NCBI GenBank assembly: GCA_963758345.1
Contig: CAVWVD010000009.1
Location: forward strand, 3,077-67,076
Reading direction: 5' to 3'
Length of the DNA: 64,000 nt
Source: an uncultured Thermoleophilia bacterium
Lineage (GTDB): Bacteria; Actinomycetota; Thermoleophilia; Gaiellales; Gaiellaceae
Position numbers and translations under genes: made by a program
Notes under the pieces: generated by a model
The model's input: only the letters and a program-made list of their open reading frames with translations
Database searches by the model: none
What the model was told of the DNA's origin: nothing
Shown here: piece by piece, positions 45,561-54,086 of the stretch
Position numbering within the stretch: the stretch's first letter is position 1
Layout of the letters: each line of letters starts with the position of its first letter

Positions 45561-46630
45561 GCCGCATCCCGGCGCTGCCGTTCGAGCGCAGCGAGCAGGA
45601 TCGCGTCGTCGCCGGCGTCTGTGGCGGAATCGCCCAGGCGCTCGGCGTCGACGCGACGCTCGTCCGGCTCGTCTTCGCCTTCCTCGCGCTGGCGGGCGGC
45701 GCCGGGATCCTCCTCTACCTCGCCCTCTGGGTCTGGACGAGCGGGCGGCGCCCGGTCGTCGGCGTGGCGCTCGTCGCGCTGTCGGCGATGGCGATCTTGT
45801 TCGCGCTCGGCCTGCCGGGCGAGGTCGTGCTCGGCATCGGGCTGATCGTCGCCGGGATCGTCCTGCTCGTCCGCCGCGGCGCGTCGCTGCGGCCGGGCGG
45901 GTCGTTCACGATCCCGGGCGTCGCGCTGACGATGGGCGGCGCCGTGGTGATGCTGGGCGGGCTCGGCTCGTCGCCTGCCTTCGTCGCGCCGGGCGCCCTC
46001 GCCGGCGCGCTGCTGCTCGTCCTCCTCCCGTGGACGTGGCAGGTCGTCTCGGAGCGCAGCGAGCGGATCCGGCTGGCGGAGCGGGCCGAGGTCGCCGCGC
46101 GCATCCACGACTCCGTGCTGCAGACGCTCGCGCTGATCCAGCGGCACGCGGGCGACCAGCAGCGGGTCACCTCGCTGGCCCGCCGGCAGGAGCGCGACCT
46201 GCGCCGGTGGCTCTACGGCAGCGGCTACGGGAGCTCCGTCACGCTCGTCGACGCCCTGGCCGACGCGGCGGCAGACGTGGAGGACGCCCACGACGTGCGC
46301 ATCGAGGTCGCGAGCTCCGGCGATGCGCCGCTCGACGAGCCGCTCTCCCAGCTCGTGCTCGCCGCCCGCGAGGCGCTGGCCAACGCGGCCAAGCACTCGG
46401 GGAGCGACGAGATCGCCGTCTACGCCGAGGCCGGGCGGGCCGAGATCGCCGTCTTCGTCCGCGACCGCGGCACCGGCTTCGACCGCGCGCAGGTCGGCGC
46501 GGACCGCCGCGGGATCGCCGAGTCGATCGAGGCGCGCATGCTGCGTGCCGGCGGCCGTGCCACGATCACGTCCTCGCCCGGCGACGGGACCGAGGTCGAG
46601 CTGACGATTCCCAGAGAGGACGAGGCCTGA
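45557..46630 (+). CDS. PspC-domain sensor histidine kinase (HisKA_3 type)
   Basis: ORF 45557..46630 (GTGA overlap). The PspC motif is VVAGVCGGIAQALGVDATLVRLVFAFLALAGGAGILLY, the H-box is RIHDSVLQTLA, and the ATPase motifs are NAAKHSG and DRGTGF. Confidence 0.85.
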   Translation: MSRIPALPFERSEQDRVVAGVCGGIAQALGVDATLVRLVFAFLALAGGAGILLYLALWVWTSGRRPVVGVALVALSAMAILFALGLPGEVVLGIGLIVAGIVLLVRRGASLRPGGSFTIPGVALTMGGAVVMLGGLGSSPAFVAPGALAGALLLVLLPWTWQVVSERSERIRLAERAEVAARIHDSVLQTLALIQRHAGDQQRVTSLARRQERDLRRWLYGSGYGSSVTLVDALADAAADVEDAHDVRIEVASSGDAPLDEPLSQLVLAAREALANAAKHSGSDEIAVYAEAGRAEIAVFVRDRGTGFDRAQVGADRRGIAESIEARMLRAGGRATITSSPGDGTEVELTIPREDEA

Positions 46631-47259
46631 TGCGCATCGTGCTGGTCGACGATCACGAGCTGTTCCGCGCAGGAGTGCGCGGCGAGCTCGGCGCGCGCTT
46701 CGAGATCGCCGGCGAGGCCGGCAGCGTCGCGGAGGCGGTGCCGCTGATCCGCGAGACCGACCCGGACGTCGTGCTGCTCGACGTGCACCTCCCCGACGGC
46801 GGCGGCGAGGCTGTGATCGCAGCCGTCGCGCCCGAGCGGCCCGGCGTGAAGTTCCTCGCGCTGTCCGTCTCCGACGCGGCCGAGGACGTGATCAGCGTCA
46901 TCCGCGCGGGCGCGCGCGGGTACGTGACGAAGACGATCTCGAGCGACGAGCTCGCCGACGCGGTCGTGCGGGTCGGCGACGGCGACGCCGTCTTCTCGCC
47001 GCGGCTGGCCGGGTTCGTGCTCGACGCGTTCCGCTCGGGCGAGCCGGTCGGCGCCGACCCGGAGCTCGAGACGCTCACCCCCCGCGAGCGCGAGGTCCTG
47101 CAGCTGATCGCGCGCGGCTACCGCTACAAGGAGATCGCCGCGCGCCTGCACCTCTCGGTGAAGACGGTCGAGGCGCACGTCTCGAGCGTGCTCCGCAAGC
47201 TCCAGCTCTCCTCGCGCCACGAGCTGACGCGCTGGGCGCACGAACGGCGCCTCATCTGA
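46630..47259 (+). CDS. LuxR/NarL-family response regulator
   Basis: The ATG overlaps the TGA. It reads MRIVLVDDHELFRAG...VVLLDVHLPDG, and the C-terminal HTH is LTPREREVLQLIARGYRYKEIAARLHLSVKTVEAHVSSVLRKL. Confidence 0.92.
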   Translation: MRIVLVDDHELFRAGVRGELGARFEIAGEAGSVAEAVPLIRETDPDVVLLDVHLPDGGGEAVIAAVAPERPGVKFLALSVSDAAEDVISVIRAGARGYVTKTISSDELADAVVRVGDGDAVFSPRLAGFVLDAFRSGEPVGADPELETLTPREREVLQLIARGYRYKEIAARLHLSVKTVEAHVSSVLRKLQLSSRHELTRWAHERRLI

Positions 47260-47321
47260 GTCTTCATCCGCGGGCGCTCGCCGAGGGACCACCGAACCTC
47301 GGCGAGCGCGCGTGGCATGGA

Positions 47322-47831
47322 TCAGGTGAAGATGATCTGGCCGCCGGCGGCCTGCTCGAAGAACTCGCCGACGCTGATGATGTCCTCGACCTGCGGGACG
47401 AAGTCGTCCATGGCCAGGCCGAACATGTCCACGCTGGCCTTGCACGCGTACAGGTGCACGCCCGAGTCGGCGAGCAGCTCGACGAACTCGGGGATCGGCG
47501 GGATGTCGATCTTCTCCATCTGCCGCCTCATCATCCTGGTGGCCAGCGCAGAGAAGCCGGGGAGCGCGCCGAGCAGCGTCGGCAGATGCATGCCGGGATT
47601 GCCCACCGTGGCGACCTTGATCTTCTCGTAGCGGTCCTTGCGAATGGCGTCGATGCCGAAGAACGTGAAGAAGAGGTCGGCCTCGATGCCTTCCATGCGG
47701 GCCCCGTTGGCCATGATCAGGCCGGGGTAGATGCCCTCGAGCGAGCCCTTTGAGATGACGATCGCGACTTTCTCGATCGTCTTCGGCTCGGCGTGGAGAG
47801 CGGCGTGCGGCTGTTCCATCAACTCGGTCAT
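47322..47831 (-). CDS. DsrE/DsrF/DrsH-like family protein
   Basis: The last 169 codons of ORF 47322..48938, from ATG 47831 (GAGAGGAG upstream). Motifs are KVAIVISKGSLEGIYPGLIMANGA and VHLYACKASVDMFG. Confidence 0.75.
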   Translation of the reverse strand: MTELMEQPHAALHAEPKTIEKVAIVISKGSLEGIYPGLIMANGARMEGIEADLFFTFFGIDAIRKDRYEKIKVATVGNPGMHLPTLLGALPGFSALATRMMRRQMEKIDIPPIPEFVELLADSGVHLYACKASVDMFGLAMDDFVPQVEDIISVGEFFEQAAGGQIIFT

Positions 47832-47842
47832 GTCGCTCCTCT

Positions 47843-48160
47843 CTAGATGCAGCCCTTGGGCTTGGGAATGCCGCCGATCCTGGCCGCGAGCTTCGCCGGC
47901 CCCTTCGGGAACAGCTGGTACAGCTCCTTGACGGGCACGCCCGACTCCTTGCCGAGCGCGCGGATCGAGGGCGCGCTGCCGCTCGCGAGGTAGCGCTCGC
48001 GCATGAAGCGGACGACAAGCCAGTGCCTGTCGGTCAGCTCGGGAATGCCGTTCTCCGCGGCGATGGCGTGCGCGATCTGCTCGTTCCACTGCCCGGGATC
48101 GGTGAGGAAGCCTTCCGCGTCGACGTCGACCGGCGCGTCGGCGATCAGGGTCATGGTCAC
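47843..48160 (-). CDS. TusE/DsrC/DsvC family sulfur-relay protein
   Basis: ORF 47843..48160 has EGFLTDPGQWNEQIA, LTDRHWLVVRFMRERY and the C-terminal PKPKGCI (terminal Cys). Confidence 0.85.
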   Translation of the reverse strand: MTMTLIADAPVDVDAEGFLTDPGQWNEQIAHAIAAENGIPELTDRHWLVVRFMRERYLASGSAPSIRALGKESGVPVKELYQLFPKGPAKLAARIGGIPKPKGCI

Positions 48161-48172
48161 TTCGGTCCTCCT

Positions 48173-49417
48173 TTACGCATGAACGGCGTCGAGCTTCTTG
48201 CCCGCCGTCGGCATCGTCGGGCCGATGCCGGGCAGCGGCCGCCCGGGGAGCAGGGCGTGCCAGTAGAGCCATTGGAACCCGAGCTTGCCCAGGTGGTTGA
48301 GCCGGGATTGCCGCAGGAGCGGCAGCCCGAAGACACCGGGATAGCGGCCGGGAAGCGGCTCGGTGTCGTAGTTGAAGTCGATGAGCAGCGCCTTGTGGAA
48401 CCCCGTCTCGACGAAGCAGTTGGCGTGCCCGTCGTACCCGGCGGCGAGCTCCTCGTCGCGGAAGTACCGTGCGACGTTCTCCGCCAGGATCTCGGCCTCG
48501 AAATGCGTGACCGAGCCGGCCTTGGAGGTCGGCAGGTCGGTCGCGTCGCCGAGTGCGAAGACGTTGGGGCTCGCGCCGGCCTGGAGCGTGTGCTTGTCGG
48601 TGGGGACGAAGCCCAACGCGTCGCCTAGGCCCGGCGAGCGCTCGATGTACGGCGCACCGCCGTGGAGCGGCACGGTGACGAGCAGGTCGAAGTCGAGCTC
48701 GCGCCCGTCGTAGGACACGAGCTTCCCGCCGGCCGCATCGACCTCGTCCGCATTGAACTCGGTGACGAGCTCGATCTCCTTCTCGGCGAGCAGCGAGCCG
48801 AGCTGCTCCGATGCGATCGGCTTGGTGAAGGCGCCGTCGAGCGGCGTCGAGTACACGAGCTCCGTGCGGCTGCGGACTCCGCGCTCGCGCAGGTACCAGT
48901 CGGCGAGGAAAGCCAGCTCGAGCGGCGCGACCGGGCACTTGATCGGCATGTCGACGATGTTCACGACGATGCGTCCCCCGTCGAATTCTTCGAACGCGCC
49001 GTGCAGCGCCGCGGCGCCTTCCGGCGTGTAGAACGTGAACGCTCGCTCGTTCCAGCCTGCGCCGGTCAGACCCTCGGTCTCCTGCGGCTGCAGGTGCGTC
49101 CCCGTCGCGACGACGAGGACGTCGTACGGCAGCGTCACGCCGCCTGCGAGGAGGACCTCGTTGCGGTGAAGTGCGACCGATTCGACCTCCCGCTCGTGGA
49201 AGGTCACGCCGCGCCGGAACTGCCGGCGGCGTGGACGGACGATCTCCTCGATGCCGGCGAGGCCGAACGGGACGAACACAAGTCCCGGCTGGTAGACGTG
49301 CCGGTCGTCGCGATCGACGACGTGGATGTCAGCGTCGCCGTCGAGCTCGCGGTCCAGACGGTTGGCGACCATCGTCCCGCCGGTTCCGCCGCCCAGGATC
49401 ACGACCTGTTTCTTCAG
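48173..49417 (-). CDS. Sulfide:quinone oxidoreductase-type FAD-dependent oxidoreductase; probable CTG start
   Basis: The track ORF starts at GTG 49402 (MILGGGTGG). The same frame 15 nt upstream reads CTG-AAG-AAA-CAG-GTC (KKQVVILGGGTGG). GGAGG (49424..49428) lies 6 nt before the CTG, and the CTG overlaps the OsmC stop (CTGA). Body motifs are IKCPVAPLE and ALGDATD. Confidence 0.8.
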   Translation of the reverse strand: MKKQVVILGGGTGGTMVANRLDRELDGDADIHVVDRDDRHVYQPGLVFVPFGLAGIEEIVRPRRRQFRRGVTFHEREVESVALHRNEVLLAGGVTLPYDVLVVATGTHLQPQETEGLTGAGWNERAFTFYTPEGAAALHGAFEEFDGGRIVVNIVDMPIKCPVAPLELAFLADWYLRERGVRSRTELVYSTPLDGAFTKPIASEQLGSLLAEKEIELVTEFNADEVDAAGGKLVSYDGRELDFDLLVTVPLHGGAPYIERSPGLGDALGFVPTDKHTLQAGASPNVFALGDATDLPTSKAGSVTHFEAEILAENVARYFRDEELAAGYDGHANCFVETGFHKALLIDFNYDTEPLPGRYPGVFGLPLLRQSRLNHLGKLGFQWLYWHALLPGRPLPGIGPTMPTAGKKLDAVHA

Positions 49418-49857
49418 GCTGCACCTCCTGCGGGGGCCAGCGCGTCATCAGGCCGGCCGCCGGTCGCCTCGATCGTCTCGGAGAACGAGAAGCCGGCGTC
49501 GATCGCGCGCCGGAGGGGGCAGGCGCGGGCGACCTGCTCGAGCCGCGCCAGCTGCTCCTCGCTCAGCGCGCCGTCCAGCGAGATCGTCACGTCGAAGGCG
49601 CGTGGCGTCGCCTTGTGGTCGTAGTCGACGGCGACCTCGACGTTGCCGATCTCCCACTTTTTCGTGCGGGCGTACATCACGAGCGTGGTCGCCGTGCACG
49701 CGGCGAGCGCCGCGGGGAAGAGCTCGTGCGGCGCCGGGCCGCTGTCGTCGCCGCCCAGATGCTCCGGCTCGTCCGTGATCAGGCGGTGCTTACCCGCGAT
49801 GACGACCTGCTGGCGCAGCGTCCCTGGGATCGACCGGGCTGTGGCGGTGAGAGCCAT
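49414..49857 (-). CDS. OsmC family peroxiredoxin
   Basis: ORF 49414..49857 has GPAPHELFPAALAACTATTL and ARACPL, the two OsmC cysteines. Confidence 0.85.
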   Translation of the reverse strand: MALTATARSIPGTLRQQVVIAGKHRLITDEPEHLGGDDSGPAPHELFPAALAACTATTLVMYARTKKWEIGNVEVAVDYDHKATPRAFDVTISLDGALSEEQLARLEQVARACPLRRAIDAGFSFSETIEATGGRPDDALAPAGGAA

Positions 49858-50156
49858 CTAGCCGCAGCCTGGTCGCGCTCGGGCGGCGCGCCATCGGGGC
49901 GGGCGCGGAGCCTCGAACCGGACAACTACGGGGACTGCAGCGGCACGCCGACGCCCAGGCCGACGTGCTCGCGCGCGTAGGCGTGTGATGCTCGGGCTGT
50001 TCCAGACCAGGGTGGTGCCCGGCCTCGTGGAGCGGGCGGCCACCAGCCAGGTGACCGGCCCCTGACGGGCCTCCACGAGTTGACCCGCGGGGCGCACGAG
50101 CGCCGCCTGACCTGATAGCGACGTAGCTCCTGCGCTCACAGGTACGTTCGCCGGAC

Positions 50157-51062
50157 GTGCGCGTCTACCGCCCCTCCCGGTGGCGACGGCGTCTTTTCGT
50201 CGCCGCGGTGATCGTCCTCCTCGTCGTCGGAGCGGTCGCCGGCACCTACCTGGGCAGGGCGGCCGGCGACGACGTGGCGGCTCCCTCCACCACCCCGTCG
50301 ACCACGACGACGACGACCACCACCACGACGCCGCCCGAGCCGCCGCCGACCACGACGACACCGCTCGAGCCGTATATCGTCGTCGGCCGCTTCTCGACGC
50401 CGTACGACTGCTGCCCTCCGCGCGTCACGAACATCAAGCGGGCGGCGCGCGATCTGGACGGCATGTCGATCCCGCCGGGCGGCCGCTTCTCGCTGAACGA
50501 GGCGCTCGGGGAGCGGACGGTCGAGAACGGCTACGTGGCGGCGCCGAGCATCTCGGGCGGCGAGCTCGTCGACTCGGTCGGCGGCGGGATCAGCCAGGTA
50601 TCGACAACGCTCTACAACGCGGCGTTCTTCGCCGGCCTGCGCCTCGTCGCGCACACGCCTCACTCGTTCTACATCTCGCGCTACCCGCCCGGGCGCGAGG
50701 CGACGATCTCCTGGGGCGGGCCCGAGATGGTCTTCGTCAACGACTGGGACGCGCCGCTCGTCATCCGCGTCTCGGCGCGGGACACGTCCATCGAGGTTCG
50801 GTTCGTCTCCCGGCGGCTCGGCCGGCGCGTGACGTCCTGGCTCGGCAAGCCGCACGACGAGGTTCAGCCGACGACGATCGTCCGGCCGACGCTTGCGCTG
50901 CGGGTCGGCGAGCGCCGCGTCGTCCAGTCGGCGGGCTCGGCCGGCTTCACGATCGAGTACGGCCGGAAGGTGTACGACGGCGACACGCTGCGCAGTGCCG
51001 AGAGCTGGCGCTGGAGGTACGAGCCCGAGAACGAGATCATCGAGATCGGCCAGCCCGACTGA
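50157..51062 (+). CDS. VanW family protein (membrane-anchored, Thr/Pro linker)
   Basis: ORF 50157..51062 has the TM segment LFVAAVIVLLVVGAVAG, a poly-T/P linker and the VanW core GGGISQVSTTLYNAAFFAGL. Confidence 0.8.
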   Translation: MRVYRPSRWRRRLFVAAVIVLLVVGAVAGTYLGRAAGDDVAAPSTTPSTTTTTTTTTTPPEPPPTTTTPLEPYIVVGRFSTPYDCCPPRVTNIKRAARDLDGMSIPPGGRFSLNEALGERTVENGYVAAPSISGGELVDSVGGGISQVSTTLYNAAFFAGLRLVAHTPHSFYISRYPPGREATISWGGPEMVFVNDWDAPLVIRVSARDTSIEVRFVSRRLGRRVTSWLGKPHDEVQPTTIVRPTLALRVGERRVVQSAGSAGFTIEYGRKVYDGDTLRSAESWRWRYEPENEIIEIGQPD

Positions 51063-51091
51063 CGCCGCAGCCGCGCAAGTACGGTTCTGCG

Positions 51092-51841
51092 GTGACGGCC
51101 ACGACGCTCACGGTCGCCGGCGTCGAGGTCGCCCGCATCGGCCTCGGCACCAACAAGCTCACGCCCGAGCACGTCGCGCTCGTCCGCGAGGCCCCGGCGG
51201 CCGGCCTCGGCGTGATCGACACCGCCCACGTCTACACGGGGGGCCAGAGCGAGGCGACGATCGGCGAGGCCCAGCCCGACGGATGCGTGGTGGCGACGAA
51301 AGGCGGGTGCAATTCGGGCAGCCCGGACGTGATCCGGGCCGAGCTCGACGAGAGCATGCAACGGCTCCAGGTCGACGAGATCGCCCTCTACTACCTGCAC
51401 CGGGTCGCTCCGGACACGCCGATCGAGGAGAGCCTCGCGCCGATCGGCGAGGCGGTCGATGAGGGGAGGATCCGCAGCGTCGGGCTCTCCAACGTGACGG
51501 TCGAGCAGATCGAGCGGGCTCGGGCGGTCGTCCCGGTGTCCGTCGTGCAGAACCACTACAGCTACGTCGAGCGCGGCGAGGACGAGGTTCTCGACCACTG
51601 CGCCCGCGAGGGGTTGGTGTTCGTCCCGTACTTCCCGCTGCGCGGGGTGGGCGGCGGGGCGGTCGCCGAGGTTGCGGCGCGGCACGGAGCGACCGAGGCG
51701 CAGATCGCGCTCGCCTGGCTCCTGCACCGCGCACCGGTGACGTTGCCGATCCCCGGCACGCTCTCCGCGGAGCACCTGCGCGAGAACCTCGCCGCACTGG
51801 ACATCGAGCTCGGCGAGGACGACCTCCGCACACTCGCCTGA
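51092..51841 (+). CDS. Aldo/keto reductase
   Basis: Tail of ORF 50180..51841 from GTG 51092, with RIGLGTNKL, IDTAHVYTGG, LYYLHRV and VTLPIPGTLSAEHLRENL. Confidence 0.85.
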   Translation: MTATTLTVAGVEVARIGLGTNKLTPEHVALVREAPAAGLGVIDTAHVYTGGQSEATIGEAQPDGCVVATKGGCNSGSPDVIRAELDESMQRLQVDEIALYYLHRVAPDTPIEESLAPIGEAVDEGRIRSVGLSNVTVEQIERARAVVPVSVVQNHYSYVERGEDEVLDHCAREGLVFVPYFPLRGVGGGAVAEVAARHGATEAQIALAWLLHRAPVTLPIPGTLSAEHLRENLAALDIELGEDDLRTLA

Positions 51842-53333
51842 TCTGATATGGAGGCGTTGAAGTCAAGGGTCCAGGCCGCGTCGCCCGGTCGTTGATCGGG
51901 GCGGTTTGCTGTTCGGGTGGGCGTCGGGCGCTGCGACGACGGTCGCTTCGCTGTCAGTCTGATCATGCGGGGGTTGGGTACCCCATGGCCCTGCTTGCGT
52001 GGCCGGCGTGCGCTGTCTAGGAGCGGGCGTGGCTGTTTCGGGTTGCCCATAGATCAATCGCGCGTGCCGGCAGCGTGTGGCCCGGCGCCCGCCCGAGCAG
52101 GCGGCTGTTGTCGGGGGTCAGTCGGCCACGGCGGCTGCCCAGCAGAAGCAGGCGAGTTCGCGGGCGACGGCCACGGTGGTGACGTTGCCCGGCTTTCCGC
52201 GTGCGCGTAGGCGTTGGTAGAGGCGGTGCAGCCGCGCTTGCGCGCGCAGCGCGATCTGGATGACATGGTCGGGCTGGCCGGCGCGTCGCTCGGCGAGCGC
52301 GACGCCGCCGCCGGGTCGGGGCAGGTAGTGCCAGGCCGACTCGACCAGCAGGCGGCGTGCGTAGCCGGAGCCGGTCTTGGTGATCGGCCCCTGGCGGCGG
52401 CTTTCGCCCGACTGGTCGAGCGACGGGACGAGGCCGAGCCAGGCCGCGAGTTGGGCCGGCCGCTGGAAGCGCGTCCAGTCGCCGATCTCGAGGCAGAGCA
52501 CGAAGGCGGTCAGGGTGTCGATGCCGCGGAAGCAGCGCAGCCGCGCGACCGTCGGCCACCAGTCGCCCTCGTGGGCGAGCCGGGAGAGTCGCTCGTCGAG
52601 TGCTTGCTTGCGTGCCACGAGGCCGTCGACGGCGGCGAGCGAGTCGGCGTAGGCGAGCTCGGTCGCGGGCTGGTCAAAGCGCTGGGTGCCCAGCCAGCCA
52701 TGGTGTCGCTTTGTCCAGGCGTTTCCGTCGTAGACGCGCCCGTGCAGGAGCAGCAGCTTCGAGACGCGGTGCCGGCAGCGCATGAGATCGCCGCGCACCT
52801 GCTCGCGTGCGCGGGCGAGGTGGCGTGCGGCCTCGAACGGGGGCGGCGGGACGGCCACCGCCGTCAGCTGGCCGGCGAGCAGCAGCCGAGCCAACAGCTC
52901 GGCGTCCTTGCGGTCGCTCTTGATCCGGTCGCCGGGTGCCCGCGGCGTCTTTGACGGGGCGACGACGTCGATCCGCAAGCCCGCCGTCTCGGCAGTCCGG
53001 TAGAGGGCGAAGCCGGTCGGGCCGGCCTCGTAGCAGCCCTTGAGCGGCTGCGGCAACGTCTGCAGCCAATCGATCACCTCGTCGCTGCCGCCGCCGAAGC
53101 GAGCACGACGCAGCTCACCACTTGAGACATCGATCGCGGCGGCGTGGGTCGAGCGGGCGTGGACATCCAGGCCCACGTACGTCATCGTTGCGGTCACGGC
53201 CGGACCCTCCTTCCGTTACATGGGGTCAGCCGGAGCCGGTCTCCGGCCAGACAAACCCCCGATCTGTAACCGGAGGATCCGGCCTCTTCCTCGCTCGCGG
53301 CTACTCAGCCGCCATAGGGTCTAGCGTTGACCT
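51842..53333 (-). mobile_element. IS110-family insertion sequence; boundaries approximate (the whole 1.49-kb intergenic segment is given)
   Basis: A single DEDD-type transposase gene is flanked by about 275 nt (3' side, 51842..52117) and about 135 nt (5' side, 53198..53333) of non-coding sequence. There are no obvious terminal inverted repeats, as is typical for IS110. Confidence 0.75.
52118..53197 (-). CDS. IS110 family transposase (DEDD recombinase)
   Basis: ORF 52118..53197 has YVGLDVHARSTHAA, CYEAGPTGF, KSDRKDAELLARL, FRGIDTLTAFVLCLEIGDWTRF and LDQSGESRRQGPITKTGSGYARRLLVESAW. Confidence 0.92.
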   Translation of the reverse strand: MTATMTYVGLDVHARSTHAAAIDVSSGELRRARFGGGSDEVIDWLQTLPQPLKGCYEAGPTGFALYRTAETAGLRIDVVAPSKTPRAPGDRIKSDRKDAELLARLLLAGQLTAVAVPPPPFEAARHLARAREQVRGDLMRCRHRVSKLLLLHGRVYDGNAWTKRHHGWLGTQRFDQPATELAYADSLAAVDGLVARKQALDERLSRLAHEGDWWPTVARLRCFRGIDTLTAFVLCLEIGDWTRFQRPAQLAAWLGLVPSLDQSGESRRQGPITKTGSGYARRLLVESAWHYLPRPGGGVALAERRAGQPDHVIQIALRAQARLHRLYQRLRARGKPGNVTTVAVARELACFCWAAAVAD

Positions 53334-54086
53334 GTGGAGCGGCTTGCGATCACGGGCGCCGGCGGGCTGATCGGGACGATTCTGCGCGAGGCGCTCGCCG
53401 ACCGCTACGCGATCACGGCGATCGACATCAGCCCGGGCGACGGCATCGACGTCGTCGCGGACATGACCGCCGCCGACGCGGCCGAGGCGGCCCTCGCGGG
53501 CGCCGATCTGGTCGTCGACCTCGCCGCGAACCCGGCGGCGGACACGCCGTGGTCGTTGGTGCGAGCGAACAACATCCCGTCGACCCTGAACGCACTCGAG
53601 GCGGCGCACCGGGCCGGCGCGCGCCGGCTCGTGTTCGCGAGCTCCAACCACGTCACCGGCCTATACGAGGACGACGAGCCGTACGCCTCGGTCGTCGCGG
53701 GCCGGCTCGACGGGCTCGACCCGGAGCAGCTGCCGCGCCTCACTTCTGCCGTCCCGATCCGCCCGGACGGGCCGTACGGTGTCGGCAAGGCGCTCGGCGA
53801 GGCCGCCGGCCGCTACTACGCGGACGCGCACGGGCTCTCGGTCGTCTGCCTCCGCATCGGCACGGTCAACCGTGAGAACCACCCGCAGGACGAGCGCCAC
53901 CACGCGACGCTCCTCTCGCATCGCGACCTCGTGCAGCTGGTGGAGCGGTCGCTCGCCGCGCCCGCCTCCGTCGGCTTCGCGATCCTCTACGGCGTCTCGG
54001 CAAACACGTGGCGGTTCTGGGACATCGAGGACGCCCGCACGCTGATCGGCTACGAGCCGGCCGACGACGCGGAGCGGTTTCGCTGA
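53334..54086 (+). CDS. NAD-dependent epimerase/dehydratase family protein
   Basis: ORF 53334..54086 has ITGAGGLIG and the YGVGK catalytic motif. Confidence 0.85.
   Translation: MERLAITGAGGLIGTILREALADRYAITAIDISPGDGIDVVADMTAADAAEAALAGADLVVDLAANPAADTPWSLVRANNIPSTLNALEAAHRAGARRLVFASSNHVTGLYEDDEPYASVVAGRLDGLDPEQLPRLTSAVPIRPDGPYGVGKALGEAAGRYYADAHGLSVVCLRIGTVNRENHPQDERHHATLLSHRDLVQLVERSLAAPASVGFAILYGVSANTWRFWDIEDARTLIGYEPADDAERFR

Noticed and set aside
49858-50156. A 300-bp spacer upstream of vanW, possibly holding a LysR-like remnant (EHVGLGVGVPL).
   Set aside because: The only resemblance is about 10 residues in one frame. That is not enough to support a call.
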